Shown here piece by piece: positions 9,734 through 19,605 of a stretch of 64,000 nt of DNA (positions are counted from its first letter, which is position 1; each line of letters begins with the position of its first letter). A program made the translations under genes and the position numbers. Source of the DNA: Candidatus Bathyarchaeota archaeon (GTDB lineage Archaea > Thermoproteota > Bathyarchaeia > TCS64); NCBI GenBank assembly GCA_016783455.1, contig JADHWN010000001.1, positions 41,930-105,929 of the forward strand, given 5' to 3'. The notes under the pieces are model-generated. The model was not told the DNA's origin. It made no database searches and saw only the letters and a program-made list of their open reading frames with translations.

Positions 9734-10336
9734 ATGGAGGACCTTGTACCTTTCCTGGAGGACGCGATGAGGGCGGCAGAGGGGAGGCTCCGGGACACCC
9801 TGGGCAGGGAGTGCAGGATCTGCATCCACGTCCACATGAGCGGGGAGCTCACGCAGGTCGTCGATAGGATAGACCACGAGAAGTTCAGGCCCGAGCTCCA
9901 GTACACCCTGGAGGAGCTCATGGCAAAGGCAGGAAATGGGGGCTTCGTCCTGTTCATGCTGACCTGTGACGACGAGCCGACGGCCTTCCTCTACGGCTAC
10001 ACCGATGAGGGGGACGGGTCCAGATTCTTCCTCGACTCTGTCGCCACGCTCATAGAGGGGAAAGGCATAGGCTCCATCCTGGTGACCCTCGCCCTCGTGT
10101 ACTGCCACGACATCGGATACAGGAGCGTGGAGCTGTATACGGAGGAGGTGGATGAGAGGGGGCGGCACCTCGTGAAGTTCTACGAGGACATGGGGTTCGA
10201 TTTGGCAGATAAAGACCCGGACAAGGGCGTCGTCATGCGCTCTTACCTCGATGCCTCTAAGCTCAGACACGCGTGCCTGAGATACATCGGCCTGGAGAGG
10301 GATGCCCAGGAGTTCAGCTCCATACACACCCTGTAG
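9734..10336 (+). CDS. GNAT-family acetyltransferase
   Basis: EGKGIGSIL motif A and LVKFYEDMGF motif B. Confidence 0.75.
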   Translation: MEDLVPFLEDAMRAAEGRLRDTLGRECRICIHVHMSGELTQVVDRIDHEKFRPELQYTLEELMAKAGNGGFVLFMLTCDDEPTAFLYGYTDEGDGSRFFLDSVATLIEGKGIGSILVTLALVYCHDIGYRSVELYTEEVDERGRHLVKFYEDMGFDLADKDPDKGVVMRSYLDASKLRHACLRYIGLERDAQEFSSIHTL

Positions 10337-10415
10337 AGAAGCTCCGAATCTTTTTCTTCCACACACTAATTGTTTGGAAAGTTCTCTGAAACGTTATTGG
10401 TTAAAAAAAGGGAGG

Positions 10416-10703
10416 TCACGCCTTCAGTGTACTGACGAACTCGTCGATGGTAGCGGCGGGCATGCTGGTGATCTTCACGGTGCCTCGGCTCCCCAGCTCG
10501 ATGGACATCTTGAAGATGGCCTCGTTGTCCGGCGCATCGACGATGGTAACGAAGTCGTATGGTCCTAGGACTGCGTACTGCTCTATGACCTTCACGCCGT
10601 AGGACTCGACCTCAATGTTGACTTCCTTTATACGATCCGGCTTGTTCTTGATGGTCTTCCTCCCGTCCTCCGTCAGGGTCGAGAGGAGGATATACCTCGC
10701 CAA
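10416..10703 (-). CDS. GYD-domain protein
   Basis: YILLSTLTEDG and QYAVLGPYDFV; start placed at TTG 10703. Confidence 0.85.
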   Translation of the reverse strand: MARYILLSTLTEDGRKTIKNKPDRIKEVNIEVESYGVKVIEQYAVLGPYDFVTIVDAPDNEAIFKMSIELGSRGTVKITSMPAATIDEFVSTLKA

Positions 10704-10915
10704 GGATCTCACCCATGAATGGAAAACGGAGACCTTCACAAATAGGTTACGAAAACTTCCCCTGTTTCATACCTCCCTTCCCCTTTTATTAAAAAAACAG
10801 CCATTACTCCCCAAGATAGGGTACTGCGTTCTACTGGTTAGAACAAATGGACTGGACTGTTCGAATGTGTAGCATTATACCCATGTAGCACATTATAGGT
10901 GGACGAGGTAGAGAG

Positions 10916-11662
10916 ATGAAACCTAAGTCGATCATCGTCTTAACCATAGTACTCGCATTAGCCCTGACGGCGATGTCACTCAACGCGGCGAGGCCCACCG
11001 GGAACGAGGTCTCCGAGGCGGACGCCGCCATAGAACTGGCACTGGAGTTCGTGAGGCACAGCCCCACGTACCTCTTCGACGGGGTCTACGAGACCGTTAA
11101 GGTCGTTGACACCCTCATCATGGAGAGCTACCCGGTCCAGTACGTCGTGACCATCGAGTTCGACAGCCGCCACGCTGGTTTCGGTGACAGGACCGGTCAG
11201 GTCCTGGCCCAGGTGATGACTTCCCACAAGGCCGGTGTGAAGGTCGTGGACGGCGAGGTCGTCGCGGCCATCCTTGACGACGTCTGGGACATGGTGAACC
11301 AGGAGGAGATGGAGGTCTTCAATGACGTTGACCCCGACGCTCCAGTCGTGCATGACAACCCGGCGACGACCATCCTCCCCCCGGAGAGGGCGGTTGAGCT
11401 AGCGGTGGAGTACGTCATCCTGAACTTCAGAGAGCTTGACGGCGTCAGCGCCCCGGAGAGCTGGGAGGTCGAGGACCTCACTCCCCAGGGGCTCGTCGGC
11501 GCCTCTAAGAGGAAGTTCACGGGAGACAGCTGGACAGTGGAGGCCAGCTGGGCAGTGGTCTGGAAGCCTGTCTACACCGTCGAGATAAACCACGGCGGCG
11601 AGGACGGATTCCACTGGAAGGGTACCGTGGACCAAGACGAGAACGTCATCGAGATGGAATAG
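10916..11662 (+). CDS. Secreted hypothetical protein
   Basis: N-terminal signal peptide, acidic mature region, coding-like codon usage. Confidence 0.7.
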   Translation: MKPKSIIVLTIVLALALTAMSLNAARPTGNEVSEADAAIELALEFVRHSPTYLFDGVYETVKVVDTLIMESYPVQYVVTIEFDSRHAGFGDRTGQVLAQVMTSHKAGVKVVDGEVVAAILDDVWDMVNQEEMEVFNDVDPDAPVVHDNPATTILPPERAVELAVEYVILNFRELDGVSAPESWEVEDLTPQGLVGASKRKFTGDSWTVEASWAVVWKPVYTVEINHGGEDGFHWKGTVDQDENVIEME

Positions 11663-11826
11663 CCGAACTGAGCTGTACTCTCGGACACACCGGGAGAAGA
11701 CAGATTCAGACCCCCCATTTTACATTTTTATTAGATTCTGAAATCCTAGGTCCATCGGTATCCTAAGTCCCTGAAATCTGCACTACGGTTAATAGTCTCA
11801 CAGCCAGAATAAACGATGGTGTTCGC

Positions 11827-12771
11827 ATGGCCTCCTTCGAAGAGACTAATCCCTGTGACATACCCCTCGAGACGGTGGTGGGGGCTCTCCGAGCCTTCTT
11901 CCCCGACATCCGTGAGGGCGATGTGAGCTTCATCTACCACGGCACATACAACGTCTTCGAGGTGAGGGGGGACTACATCTTCCGCTTCCCGGACAGCAGC
12001 CTGCTCAACGAGGACGGACACGAGCTCATCCAGTATGAACACGAGATCCTCCAGACGCTGGGCCCCCACATCTCCCTGGAGATCCCCCAGTACGAGTACC
12101 TGTCGGAGGACCCCGAACTTCCCTTCGTCGGCTACAGAAAGATTCCAGGGGTCTCCCTGTCCACCTGCTTCGACCGCACGACCAAGAAAATCAGGGGGCA
12201 GATGGCCGAGAAGCTGGGGGGGTTCCTCTCGGAGCTCCACTCCCCCGAGGTCTACGAGGCTTACATGGATAAGTGGCCCACCGACTTCACGGGGGACGCC
12301 TTCAAGGAGTACTGGGAGAGCTACTACAGCCTCATGCAGGAGAGGGTGTACCCGGAGCTCGACCCAGACCAGAGGGCATGGGTCACACGGCTGTTCTCCG
12401 ACTACCTCGAGGACGAAGATAACTTCGCCTTCGAGCCCCGTGTCGTCCACGGCGACTTCGACATATCCAACATCATTGTGGACCCGGACTCGTATCAAGT
12501 TCAGGGAATAATCGACTTCGAGGAGACCCGGTTCTGGGACCCAGCGGCGGACCTCCTCTTCTTCAACGAGGGGGATGACTTCATCGACCTGATCCTGGAG
12601 GGCTACACCCAGCCTCCTGGCCCCAACCTCGAGGGGAGGATGCGTTTCCTGTACAACCGTGTGCCGTTGATCTACGTCTCGACCGGGATCGAGCTCGACT
12701 ACAGGGAGATGGTAGAGGCCGGCTTCAGTATGCTCGAGGCCAGGATGAGCCTCCTGACTTGGGGACTGTAG
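11827..12771 (+). CDS. Aminoglycoside-phosphotransferase-like (APH) kinase
   Basis: VHGDFDISNI, GIIDF and DPAAD motifs. Confidence 0.85.
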   Translation: MASFEETNPCDIPLETVVGALRAFFPDIREGDVSFIYHGTYNVFEVRGDYIFRFPDSSLLNEDGHELIQYEHEILQTLGPHISLEIPQYEYLSEDPELPFVGYRKIPGVSLSTCFDRTTKKIRGQMAEKLGGFLSELHSPEVYEAYMDKWPTDFTGDAFKEYWESYYSLMQERVYPELDPDQRAWVTRLFSDYLEDEDNFAFEPRVVHGDFDISNIIVDPDSYQVQGIIDFEETRFWDPAADLLFFNEGDDFIDLILEGYTQPPGPNLEGRMRFLYNRVPLIYVSTGIELDYREMVEAGFSMLEARMSLLTWGL

Positions 12772-12796
12772 GTGGCTCCAGCCTCCCTAACATCAA

Positions 12797-13264
12797 TTAT
12801 CTCCAGTTGTCCAACGCTTTCCGTATGTCCAGTATTTTCCCGAGGTGGTAGGCGTTATGTTCAATGATGATGACGACCTCCCGCAAGTAGGTGTATTCGT
12901 CTGATCCGGGTATGACCGATAGCAGATCGATGTCCTGGTCCTTGACCATCTCAACAGCCCTGTCCATATCTCTGAAGAACCCGTTAACCGTCTTGTCCCA
13001 CTCTTTATCCGAGACCTCCTGACTCGGAGTGGGCCAGAGACCGCTGGGCCATTCAGGTGACTCCCAGTCCGGATCGATGGCATAATAGAGGAGGTCCTCC
13101 TGACAGATCCGCATGTGCTCCAGCTCTTCGTATATCGAGTGCAGACTATCGTCGGGCCTTACGCCTCTGAGCTCCGGTCTGATCCCTTCCAAGGCCTTCT
13201 TGTAAGGCACAAAGGCCTGCCCGCCTCTAAGGGATTTAGCTAGTTGCTCTCTTAACACATCCAT
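12797..13264 (-). CDS. DinB-family protein
   Basis: HSIYEELEHM and EHNAYHLG motifs. Confidence 0.85.
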   Translation of the reverse strand: MDVLREQLAKSLRGGQAFVPYKKALEGIRPELRGVRPDDSLHSIYEELEHMRICQEDLLYYAIDPDWESPEWPSGLWPTPSQEVSDKEWDKTVNGFFRDMDRAVEMVKDQDIDLLSVIPGSDEYTYLREVVIIIEHNAYHLGKILDIRKALDNWR

Positions 13265-13363
13265 AAAGTTCTTCCCTTCCCTGGTTCACCTTGATGAATT
13301 GATGTATTAATTATTTATTAGAATGGCTAAATCCTCGGTCATCCCTCTCGCTTGGGGTCCTCT

Positions 13364-14350
13364 CTAGTAAATGTCGCTGTTTGTGACGTGCCAGCGTTGG
13401 TAGTCCGATATCTTCAGTTCACCCCTGAATACGGCTCTTCCTTCCTGGCGGGTGTTGTTTAGAGCCATCATGATGACGGTGTACCAGGGGAGGACCTTGA
13501 AGCCCATTTCCACGGCCAATGACTCGAGCCGGCTTCCCCTCTTTGCGTTAAACTCGACTGCGGTCACGCCCGTGTGCATCTCCAACAGAGCCTCCAAGGT
13601 TCCGGGTAACAGATCCTCGAGCAGACCGAGAGTGTAGTCGTTGAGGGTCATAGTGAGACCGCCGTACTCCTCCATGAGGTCGACTACGACGTAGCCCCTG
13701 GTCTCTCCGTCCATCAGAACCTTGTATGGGCGATTGTCTCTCACGGGGTGTCTATTCACCCGCCAGCGGAGATAGGGCAGGGTCCTATGGAAGTGGAGCA
13801 AGTGACTTCGCGCCGCCCACTCCTCGTAGAGCTCATGGTACTCCTCGACACTGATGGGTACCAAGTCGACGCCTCTGCGCGTAGCGAACTCCTCCAGAGC
13901 TTCACATTCAGCTTGGCATTTATCCACGTCGTATGCGAGCTCCGAGCCAGCTTTATGAGCGGCTCCAGCCGCCTCTATTAGGTTGAAGCCGATTAGTATC
14001 TCCGGGGCTCTCCCCTTCATCTCCTCTGACAGGAATCTCACAGTCCTCTGGAAGAGCCCCTTTCTGCGGTGCTCCCTGTCGACGAAGCCGTCGCAGCCCT
14101 GAACTGCCAGGAAGACCTCGTCGCCCATCCGGACCTGAAGGGGCAGGAAGGAGTTGAACGCTATGGGTACGCCCGTGGGGACGTGCTCTACAACGGCGAT
14201 GGACGTGAACCCGAGGTTGAATGGGTCCTCTTGGAACTTCCATCTGAAGACGTCCTCGTTGTACTCATCCCACAGGTCCACGTTCAGGCCATTCACAAAG
14301 GACGTTAAGTCTCCTTTTTTGAACCACCGCACAGTGTATTCGTCAGACAA
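13364..14350 (-). CDS. Two-domain GNAT-family acyltransferase
   Basis: VDREHRRKGLF motif A and RTLPYLRWR. Confidence 0.7.
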   Translation of the reverse strand: MSDEYTVRWFKKGDLTSFVNGLNVDLWDEYNEDVFRWKFQEDPFNLGFTSIAVVEHVPTGVPIAFNSFLPLQVRMGDEVFLAVQGCDGFVDREHRRKGLFQRTVRFLSEEMKGRAPEILIGFNLIEAAGAAHKAGSELAYDVDKCQAECEALEEFATRRGVDLVPISVEEYHELYEEWAARSHLLHFHRTLPYLRWRVNRHPVRDNRPYKVLMDGETRGYVVVDLMEEYGGLTMTLNDYTLGLLEDLLPGTLEALLEMHTGVTAVEFNAKRGSRLESLAVEMGFKVLPWYTVIMMALNNTRQEGRAVFRGELKISDYQRWHVTNSDIY

Positions 14351-14476
14351 GGAATGATGTTAGATATGTAGGGAAAGACTACATTAATTTTGAGTTCGAT
14401 CAAAGTCTAAGGAAAAAAGCACACGACGAGCTTGGATGCCCCTGACATATTAGGGGCGGTGATCGAACTGCTGACT

Positions 14477-15055
14477 CTACTTGTCCGAGATGTACCGGTC
14501 ATATAGCGACCTGATGCCTTGAGGGGTGTGTTTTAGCCTCATCTCTACGCCCTCCGATGGATCTGAGGATACAATCTCGAAGCCGAGTCTACCCCAGATT
14601 CGCGTCAGGGGCCTCCCTTCTTCGTCCACCTCCTCTGTCGTCAGCTTCGTGTATTCGTAACCATTTTCATAGGAATGGAGTATCTCCAACGCGAACAGCG
14701 TGGAGCCCACGCTCTTACCCTCGATGAGAGTTGCTGTAGTATCGGAGAAGAAAGTGCCCTCCTCCTCATCGTCGTACCCGTAATCAAAGGCGACTGCCCT
14801 GCCATCGAGTCTCGCTATCAGGCATAGGAACCCTCTCCTCTGCCTCCTCGAGTCCAGCTCGTCGCGGTCATACCATAGCTCCCGCCTGAACTTTTCGTGG
14901 TCTATTGTCTCGATATCTGTCATGAGACCCACATCAAGCTCGTGGTGGACTAAAATCTTGCATCGCCCATTCAGTAGCCGGCTTAACCTGCTTTCTGCCT
15001 CCTTTACCGACTCGGCAAAAGGGGGGATGGTTTCAGTCATTGGAGACCTAAACAC
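14477..15055 (-). CDS. GNAT-family acetyltransferase, paralog of 9734-10336
   Basis: Shares IDHEKFRxEL, ATLIEGKxxGS and TEEVDExGR with the 9734 protein. Confidence 0.7.
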   Translation of the reverse strand: MFRSPMTETIPPFAESVKEAESRLSRLLNGRCKILVHHELDVGLMTDIETIDHEKFRRELWYDRDELDSRRQRRGFLCLIARLDGRAVAFDYGYDDEEEGTFFSDTTATLIEGKSVGSTLFALEILHSYENGYEYTKLTTEEVDEEGRPLTRIWGRLGFEIVSSDPSEGVEMRLKHTPQGIRSLYDRYISDK

Positions 15056-15217
15056 CGTTAATTAGTATAATGTTATAATTTTTATTATGTGCCTCCATGA
15101 AATTTTATTCCCCCCTGACGGATGAGTTTAGGGTCATTTTAGATGCGCTTGCGAGCCGGAACCAGTTTCTTAAGTTGAGCAGTGATAGGAGGGAGCGTTC
15201 CTTTTTTGTTCCGATTG

Positions 15218-15787
15218 CTACGAGGGTCTGATGTTCTGTGTGGTCCTTCTCACTACCTCTGATATCCGCCTGGCCCTCGTCTCCTCCCTCTTAGCGTCCT
15301 GCACCCAGCGGGTGTACATCAGCTTCACGGAGTTGGAGAAGGCCTCCCAGTTGCCCCAGGCCTCTTCGTCCCCCCTCAGGGCCTCGATGAGGTCATCGGG
15401 GACCTCGGGCGCCACCCTCGATGTGTAGGCGGACTCCCACCTCCCGTTCGCCTCCGCCTTCTCCACCTCGGCGTAGCCTGCCTCTGCCATGAGCCTCGCC
15501 TCCATCATCCTCTCCGCCCGCCTCCTGTTGAGCTTGGACCAGACACTGTTTCCACGTCGCGGCGAGAACCACTGACGGAACTTGTCGTCGTCGACGCTCT
15601 GCATTTTACCGTCAATCCAGCCGAAGCAGATGGCCTCCTCTACGGCCTCGTCGTACCTCAGCCCCTCCAGCTTGGACCCCTTCTTGTAGAGGGTCAGCCA
15701 GATCCCCTTCTCCCTCGTGTGGTTCTCCTCGAGCCAGCTGCGCCACTCAGATCTGGTCCTGAAGTCGAGGTCGGAGGGCTGGGACAT
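15218..15787 (-). CDS. YdeI/OmpD-associated family protein
   Basis: EEAICFGWIDG, FSPRR, WSKLN and AKREETRARRI; start placed at MSQPSD. Confidence 0.9.
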   Translation of the reverse strand: MSQPSDLDFRTRSEWRSWLEENHTREKGIWLTLYKKGSKLEGLRYDEAVEEAICFGWIDGKMQSVDDDKFRQWFSPRRGNSVWSKLNRRRAERMMEARLMAEAGYAEVEKAEANGRWESAYTSRVAPEVPDDLIEALRGDEEAWGNWEAFSNSVKLMYTRWVQDAKREETRARRISEVVRRTTQNIRPS

Positions 15788-15833
15788 GCCTACAGATAAT
15801 AGTCGAGGAGTTGAAAAAATGTCGCGTTCGGAC

Positions 15834-16139
15834 CTAGATCCGCTCAAGCTTGAAGACCACGGTCTTGCGGCCGTCGGTGCAGCTTGAGTATGAGGTGGCA
15901 GGGGCCCCTATCCAGGGGTAGTCGCCTCCCCGCATCAGGTGGATGAGGTCCCTGTAGATGTCCCTGAAGGCCCAGCTGCAAAACCCCTCCGGGCAGTCGG
16001 CGCTATCCAGGACGTATTCCTGGCCTGGGATGTGGGTCCCGCACGGGGTCGCGAAGTCAGCCAGTTCCTCGGGCATGTCGTCTCCGAAGATCTCCTCCTT
16101 GGAGAAGCCGCGGATGACGGTGATCTTTACAGCCGCCAT
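15834..16139 (-). CDS. TIGR04076-family Cys-rich protein (copy 2)
   Basis: KITV, PEGFCSWA and CTDGRKTVVFKLER; start MAAVK overlaps the upstream stop (TGATG). Confidence 0.8.
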   Translation of the reverse strand: MAAVKITVIRGFSKEEIFGDDMPEELADFATPCGTHIPGQEYVLDSADCPEGFCSWAFRDIYRDLIHLMRGGDYPWIGAPATSYSSCTDGRKTVVFKLERI

Positions 16140-16450
16140 CAGTTCTCCACCTTCTCGATCCTGAAGACCACGGGCCTCAGCCCGTCGGTGCAGGTCACCC
16201 AGTTCACCTTCCTCTCGGAGTAGTAGTCGCTCCCGAAGTAGAGGTCCACGAGGTCCTTCTGGATGTCGGCGTAGGCCCAGCTGCAGAAGCCCGCCGGGCA
16301 GCCCAGGCTGTTGTCGAGGATGAACTCCTGGCCCTCCAGGTGGATGGGGCATGGGCTCGTGAAGTCGTCGGGGAGGTGGTCGGGTGGTTCCCCCTGGAAG
16401 ACCTCCTCGACGGTGAAGCCCTTAACGACGCTGATCTTGATCCTGGTCAT
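16139..16450 (-). CDS. TIGR04076-family Cys-rich protein (copy 1)
   Basis: CP, GQEF, PAGFCSWA and CTDGLRPVVFRIE. Confidence 0.8.
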   Translation of the reverse strand: MTRIKISVVKGFTVEEVFQGEPPDHLPDDFTSPCPIHLEGQEFILDNSLGCPAGFCSWAYADIQKDLVDLYFGSDYYSERKVNWVTCTDGLRPVVFRIEKVEN

Positions 16451-16483
16451 ATACGGCTCACGTATTCTGACACCTAGAGGATA

Positions 16484-18175
16484 TTAGTACCCTATGGCGA
16501 TGGACTCGTGCATGTATTGGTGGCACTGGACGCCCCCGTGGAGGAGCCCCGTCTCCGGGTCCACGATGACGCCGACGGGCCGCCCCCAGCCGTACCGCTC
16601 CCTGTCCACCCAGACCAGGTCGTGCCCCCTCTCCAGGAGCCCCTCCCTCACCTCCGGCGGATACCTGTTGTCGACGTAGACGGTGGAGGTCTCCCTGAAG
16701 AGCCTGGGTGCCTCGATGGCGTCCTGGATGCCCATGCCGTGGTCCACGACGTTGACGACGACGTGGGCGACGGAGACCTGGATCTTCCTGCCCCCGGGTG
16801 CTCCGACGGACATGAAGGCCTCCCCGTCTCTGAGGAGGATGGTGGGGCAGACGTTCTGGATGCGCCTCTTCCGGCCGTCGATGGAGTTGGCGTGGCCGGG
16901 CTCCGGGTTGAGGCCGTACATGGCGTTGTTCATCGTGATGCCCGTCCCGGGGACCACGATGCCGCTGCCGAATCCGTCCACGAGGGTCTGGTTTACGCAG
17001 ACCAGGTTCCCCGCCCTGTCCCCGACGGCGAGGGCCGTGGTGCACTCGGGTTCATGGCGCCAGGGGTCGCCGGGCTCGACGGCGCAGGCCTCGTCCAGGC
17101 GTATCCTCCCCCTGAGCTCCTCGGCGTACCCGTCGGAGACGAGAGCCTTCTGGGGGACGCGGACGTGGCCCGGGTCTCCGAGGTACTTGAAGCGGTCGGC
17201 GAAGGCGAGGCCCACCGCCTCCGCCATAAGGTGGACCGTCTCAGGGGATCCGAAGCCGAGGCCGGCGAGGTCGTATCCCTCCAGTATCTTGAGTATCTGC
17301 ATCATGGTGATCCCCGAGTGGCTGGGGTCGTAGACCACGTCGTATCCCCTGTAGCTCCCGGGCTCGGGCTCGTGGACTATGGGCTCGTAGATGTCCAGGT
17401 CCTCCAGGGTGACGAGGCCTCCTCCCCTCTCCATCTCCTCGGCGATGGCCTCCGCGATCCATCCCCTGTAGAAGGCGTCAGACCCATCCTCTGCGATGGA
17501 GGCCAGCGACTTTGCGAGGTCGGACTGGACGAGCTTCGGAGGGTTCTTGGCGATCACTGAGGAGGGCCTGTAGGGGTACTGGCCGTCGATGAGGTAGATC
17601 CGCCTCCACTCCGGGAAGCCTGAGAAGAGCCTTAACCTGTTCGCGATGGAGGTGGTGATGCCCCTGCCGGGGACGAAGCCCTCCCTGGCCACAGCGATGG
17701 CAGGCGCCATTACCTCCCGAAGGCTCATGGTCCCGTACCTCTCCAGGGCCTCCGTGAGGCCTGCTACTGTGCCCGGTGTGGTGCTAGCCCTGTAACCGTA
17801 GACGTTGGCGTCGCCCTTCACCTTCCTCCAGCCCATCCAGCCGGGCTCGGTGTCATCTGTGAGCTCGTACATGTCTGGGGTGCAGCTCTTGGCAGGGCGC
17901 CCGACGTAGTCGACTATGATGTTCTCCCCCGACTCGAGGTGGATGGCCATGACGCCCTCCCCACCGATGCCGTTGGAGGCTGGCTCCACGACGCAGTCCA
18001 TGAAGGCGGCGGCGATGGCGGCGTCGACGGCGGTCCCGCCCTTCCTCATCATCTTGACGCCGGCCTCGCTGATGAGGGGGTGCTTGGAGGCGACCATGCC
18101 GTTCTCGGCGACGCAGTCGGGTCTCCCGGCGCCGATCCATCTGCGTCTCTGGTAGACTAGGGGCTGATCAGACAT
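16484..18175 (-). CDS. ggt: Gamma-glutamyltransferase
   Basis: GGTAVDAAIA, NGIGG, catalytic Thr in ECTTA, FGSG and GAPGG. Confidence 0.9.
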   Translation of the reverse strand: MSDQPLVYQRRRWIGAGRPDCVAENGMVASKHPLISEAGVKMMRKGGTAVDAAIAAAFMDCVVEPASNGIGGEGVMAIHLESGENIIVDYVGRPAKSCTPDMYELTDDTEPGWMGWRKVKGDANVYGYRASTTPGTVAGLTEALERYGTMSLREVMAPAIAVAREGFVPGRGITTSIANRLRLFSGFPEWRRIYLIDGQYPYRPSSVIAKNPPKLVQSDLAKSLASIAEDGSDAFYRGWIAEAIAEEMERGGGLVTLEDLDIYEPIVHEPEPGSYRGYDVVYDPSHSGITMMQILKILEGYDLAGLGFGSPETVHLMAEAVGLAFADRFKYLGDPGHVRVPQKALVSDGYAEELRGRIRLDEACAVEPGDPWRHEPECTTALAVGDRAGNLVCVNQTLVDGFGSGIVVPGTGITMNNAMYGLNPEPGHANSIDGRKRRIQNVCPTILLRDGEAFMSVGAPGGRKIQVSVAHVVVNVVDHGMGIQDAIEAPRLFRETSTVYVDNRYPPEVREGLLERGHDLVWVDRERYGWGRPVGVIVDPETGLLHGGVQCHQYMHESIAIGY

Positions 18176-18225
18176 GATCAGGGGTTATGCGATGATCTTA
18201 AAATGATATTCTCGTGCCTCGGAGG

Positions 18226-19554
18226 CTATCCTGCCTCCTTGTCTGAGACCTCCAATGCCTTGTCCAGCACCTCGATGCCCTCGTCTATCTCCTTCTCCGT
18301 GGCGATGAGTGGTGGCGCGACGATCAGCGTGTTGATTATGTTGACGACGTAGACCCCCATCTCCATCGCCGCCGCGCTGACCCTCTTCAGCGTGTTGGGC
18401 TCGAACTTCTGCTTCCGGGTCACGAAGGGCTCCTTCGTCTCCCTGTCCCTGACGAGCTCGATCCCCCAGAAAAGACCCTTCCCCCTGACGTCGCCCACTG
18501 ATTTATGAGATTCAGCGAGTCCCCTCAGGCGCTTCTCCAGAACCTTCCCCATCCTCGCGGCGTTCTCCACCAAACCTTTGTCCTCATACTCCTGAATGGC
18601 CGCCAGGGCCGCCGCGCATCCCAGGGGGTGCATGGCATATGTCTGGCCGTGGCTGAAGAGGTTGCCGGGCTGGTCGAAGTGGTCGGCTATCTCCTGGCTG
18701 GTTATGGTGGCTCCCACGGGGAAGAGGGCGCCCGTTATTCCCTTGGCCATGGACATGATGTCGGGTTCTACGCCCCAGTGCTCGATGCAGAACATCCTGC
18801 CGGTCCTCCCGAAGCCGGCCATGACCTCGTCGTCGATGAGGAGCACCCCGTGGTCGTCGCAGATCTCCCTGAGCCTGGGGACGTAGGGATCTGGGGGCAC
18901 CAGGATGCCGTTGGAGCCCACTATGGGCTCGACGACGACGCCTGCGACGGTGCCCGGTCCCTCCATCCTGATGATCTCGTCGACGTACTCGGCGCAGGTC
19001 ACTCCGCAGCCCGGGTACTCCTTCCCGAAGGGGCACCTGTAGCAGTAGCAGTCGGGGGCCCTGACGACGCCGGGCATGCCGATGGCGTGCTGGGTCCTGG
19101 GGTCCCCGGTGAGGGCGATGGCCCCCGAGGAGGCCCCGTGGTAGGACCTGTACCTTGAGATGAGCTTGGTCTTCCCGGTGTAGAGGCGGGCGATCTTGAT
19201 GGCAGCCTCGTTGGCCTCGGCGCCCCCGTTGGTGAGGAAGCTCTTGGTGAGGCCCTCAGGGGTTATCTCGGCGAGCTTCTGGCCCAGGAGGGCGGCGGGG
19301 ACCGTCGCGAAGCCTGGTGCGGCGTAGCAGAGCTTCTCCGCCTGCTCGGCTATGGCGTCGATGACCGCCTGGCTGCGGTGGCCTATGTTGCTGCACATGA
19401 GCTGGGATGAGAGGTCCAGGTAGCGCTTCCCCGAGAGGGAGGTGAAGTGACATCCGTCTGCCCTGTCGACGACGACGGGGTTCCAGGTGTTCTCGTACCT
19501 CCAGGTCCCGTAGACGTACTTCTTCTCCAGCTCCCTGTAGTACTCCTCGCTCAT
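18226..19554 (-). CDS. Class III (omega-amino acid) aminotransferase
   Basis: SYHGAS, LIDDEVMAGFGRTG, MAKG and HGQTY. Confidence 0.9.
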   Translation of the reverse strand: MSEEYYRELEKKYVYGTWRYENTWNPVVVDRADGCHFTSLSGKRYLDLSSQLMCSNIGHRSQAVIDAIAEQAEKLCYAAPGFATVPAALLGQKLAEITPEGLTKSFLTNGGAEANEAAIKIARLYTGKTKLISRYRSYHGASSGAIALTGDPRTQHAIGMPGVVRAPDCYCYRCPFGKEYPGCGVTCAEYVDEIIRMEGPGTVAGVVVEPIVGSNGILVPPDPYVPRLREICDDHGVLLIDDEVMAGFGRTGRMFCIEHWGVEPDIMSMAKGITGALFPVGATITSQEIADHFDQPGNLFSHGQTYAMHPLGCAAALAAIQEYEDKGLVENAARMGKVLEKRLRGLAESHKSVGDVRGKGLFWGIELVRDRETKEPFVTRKQKFEPNTLKRVSAAAMEMGVYVVNIINTLIVAPPLIATEKEIDEGIEVLDKALEVSDKEAG

Positions 19555-19605
19555 GGTTCCCCCTTGGCCCTCATGGAATATAATATTTAGTTAACAATCC
19601 ACCTA

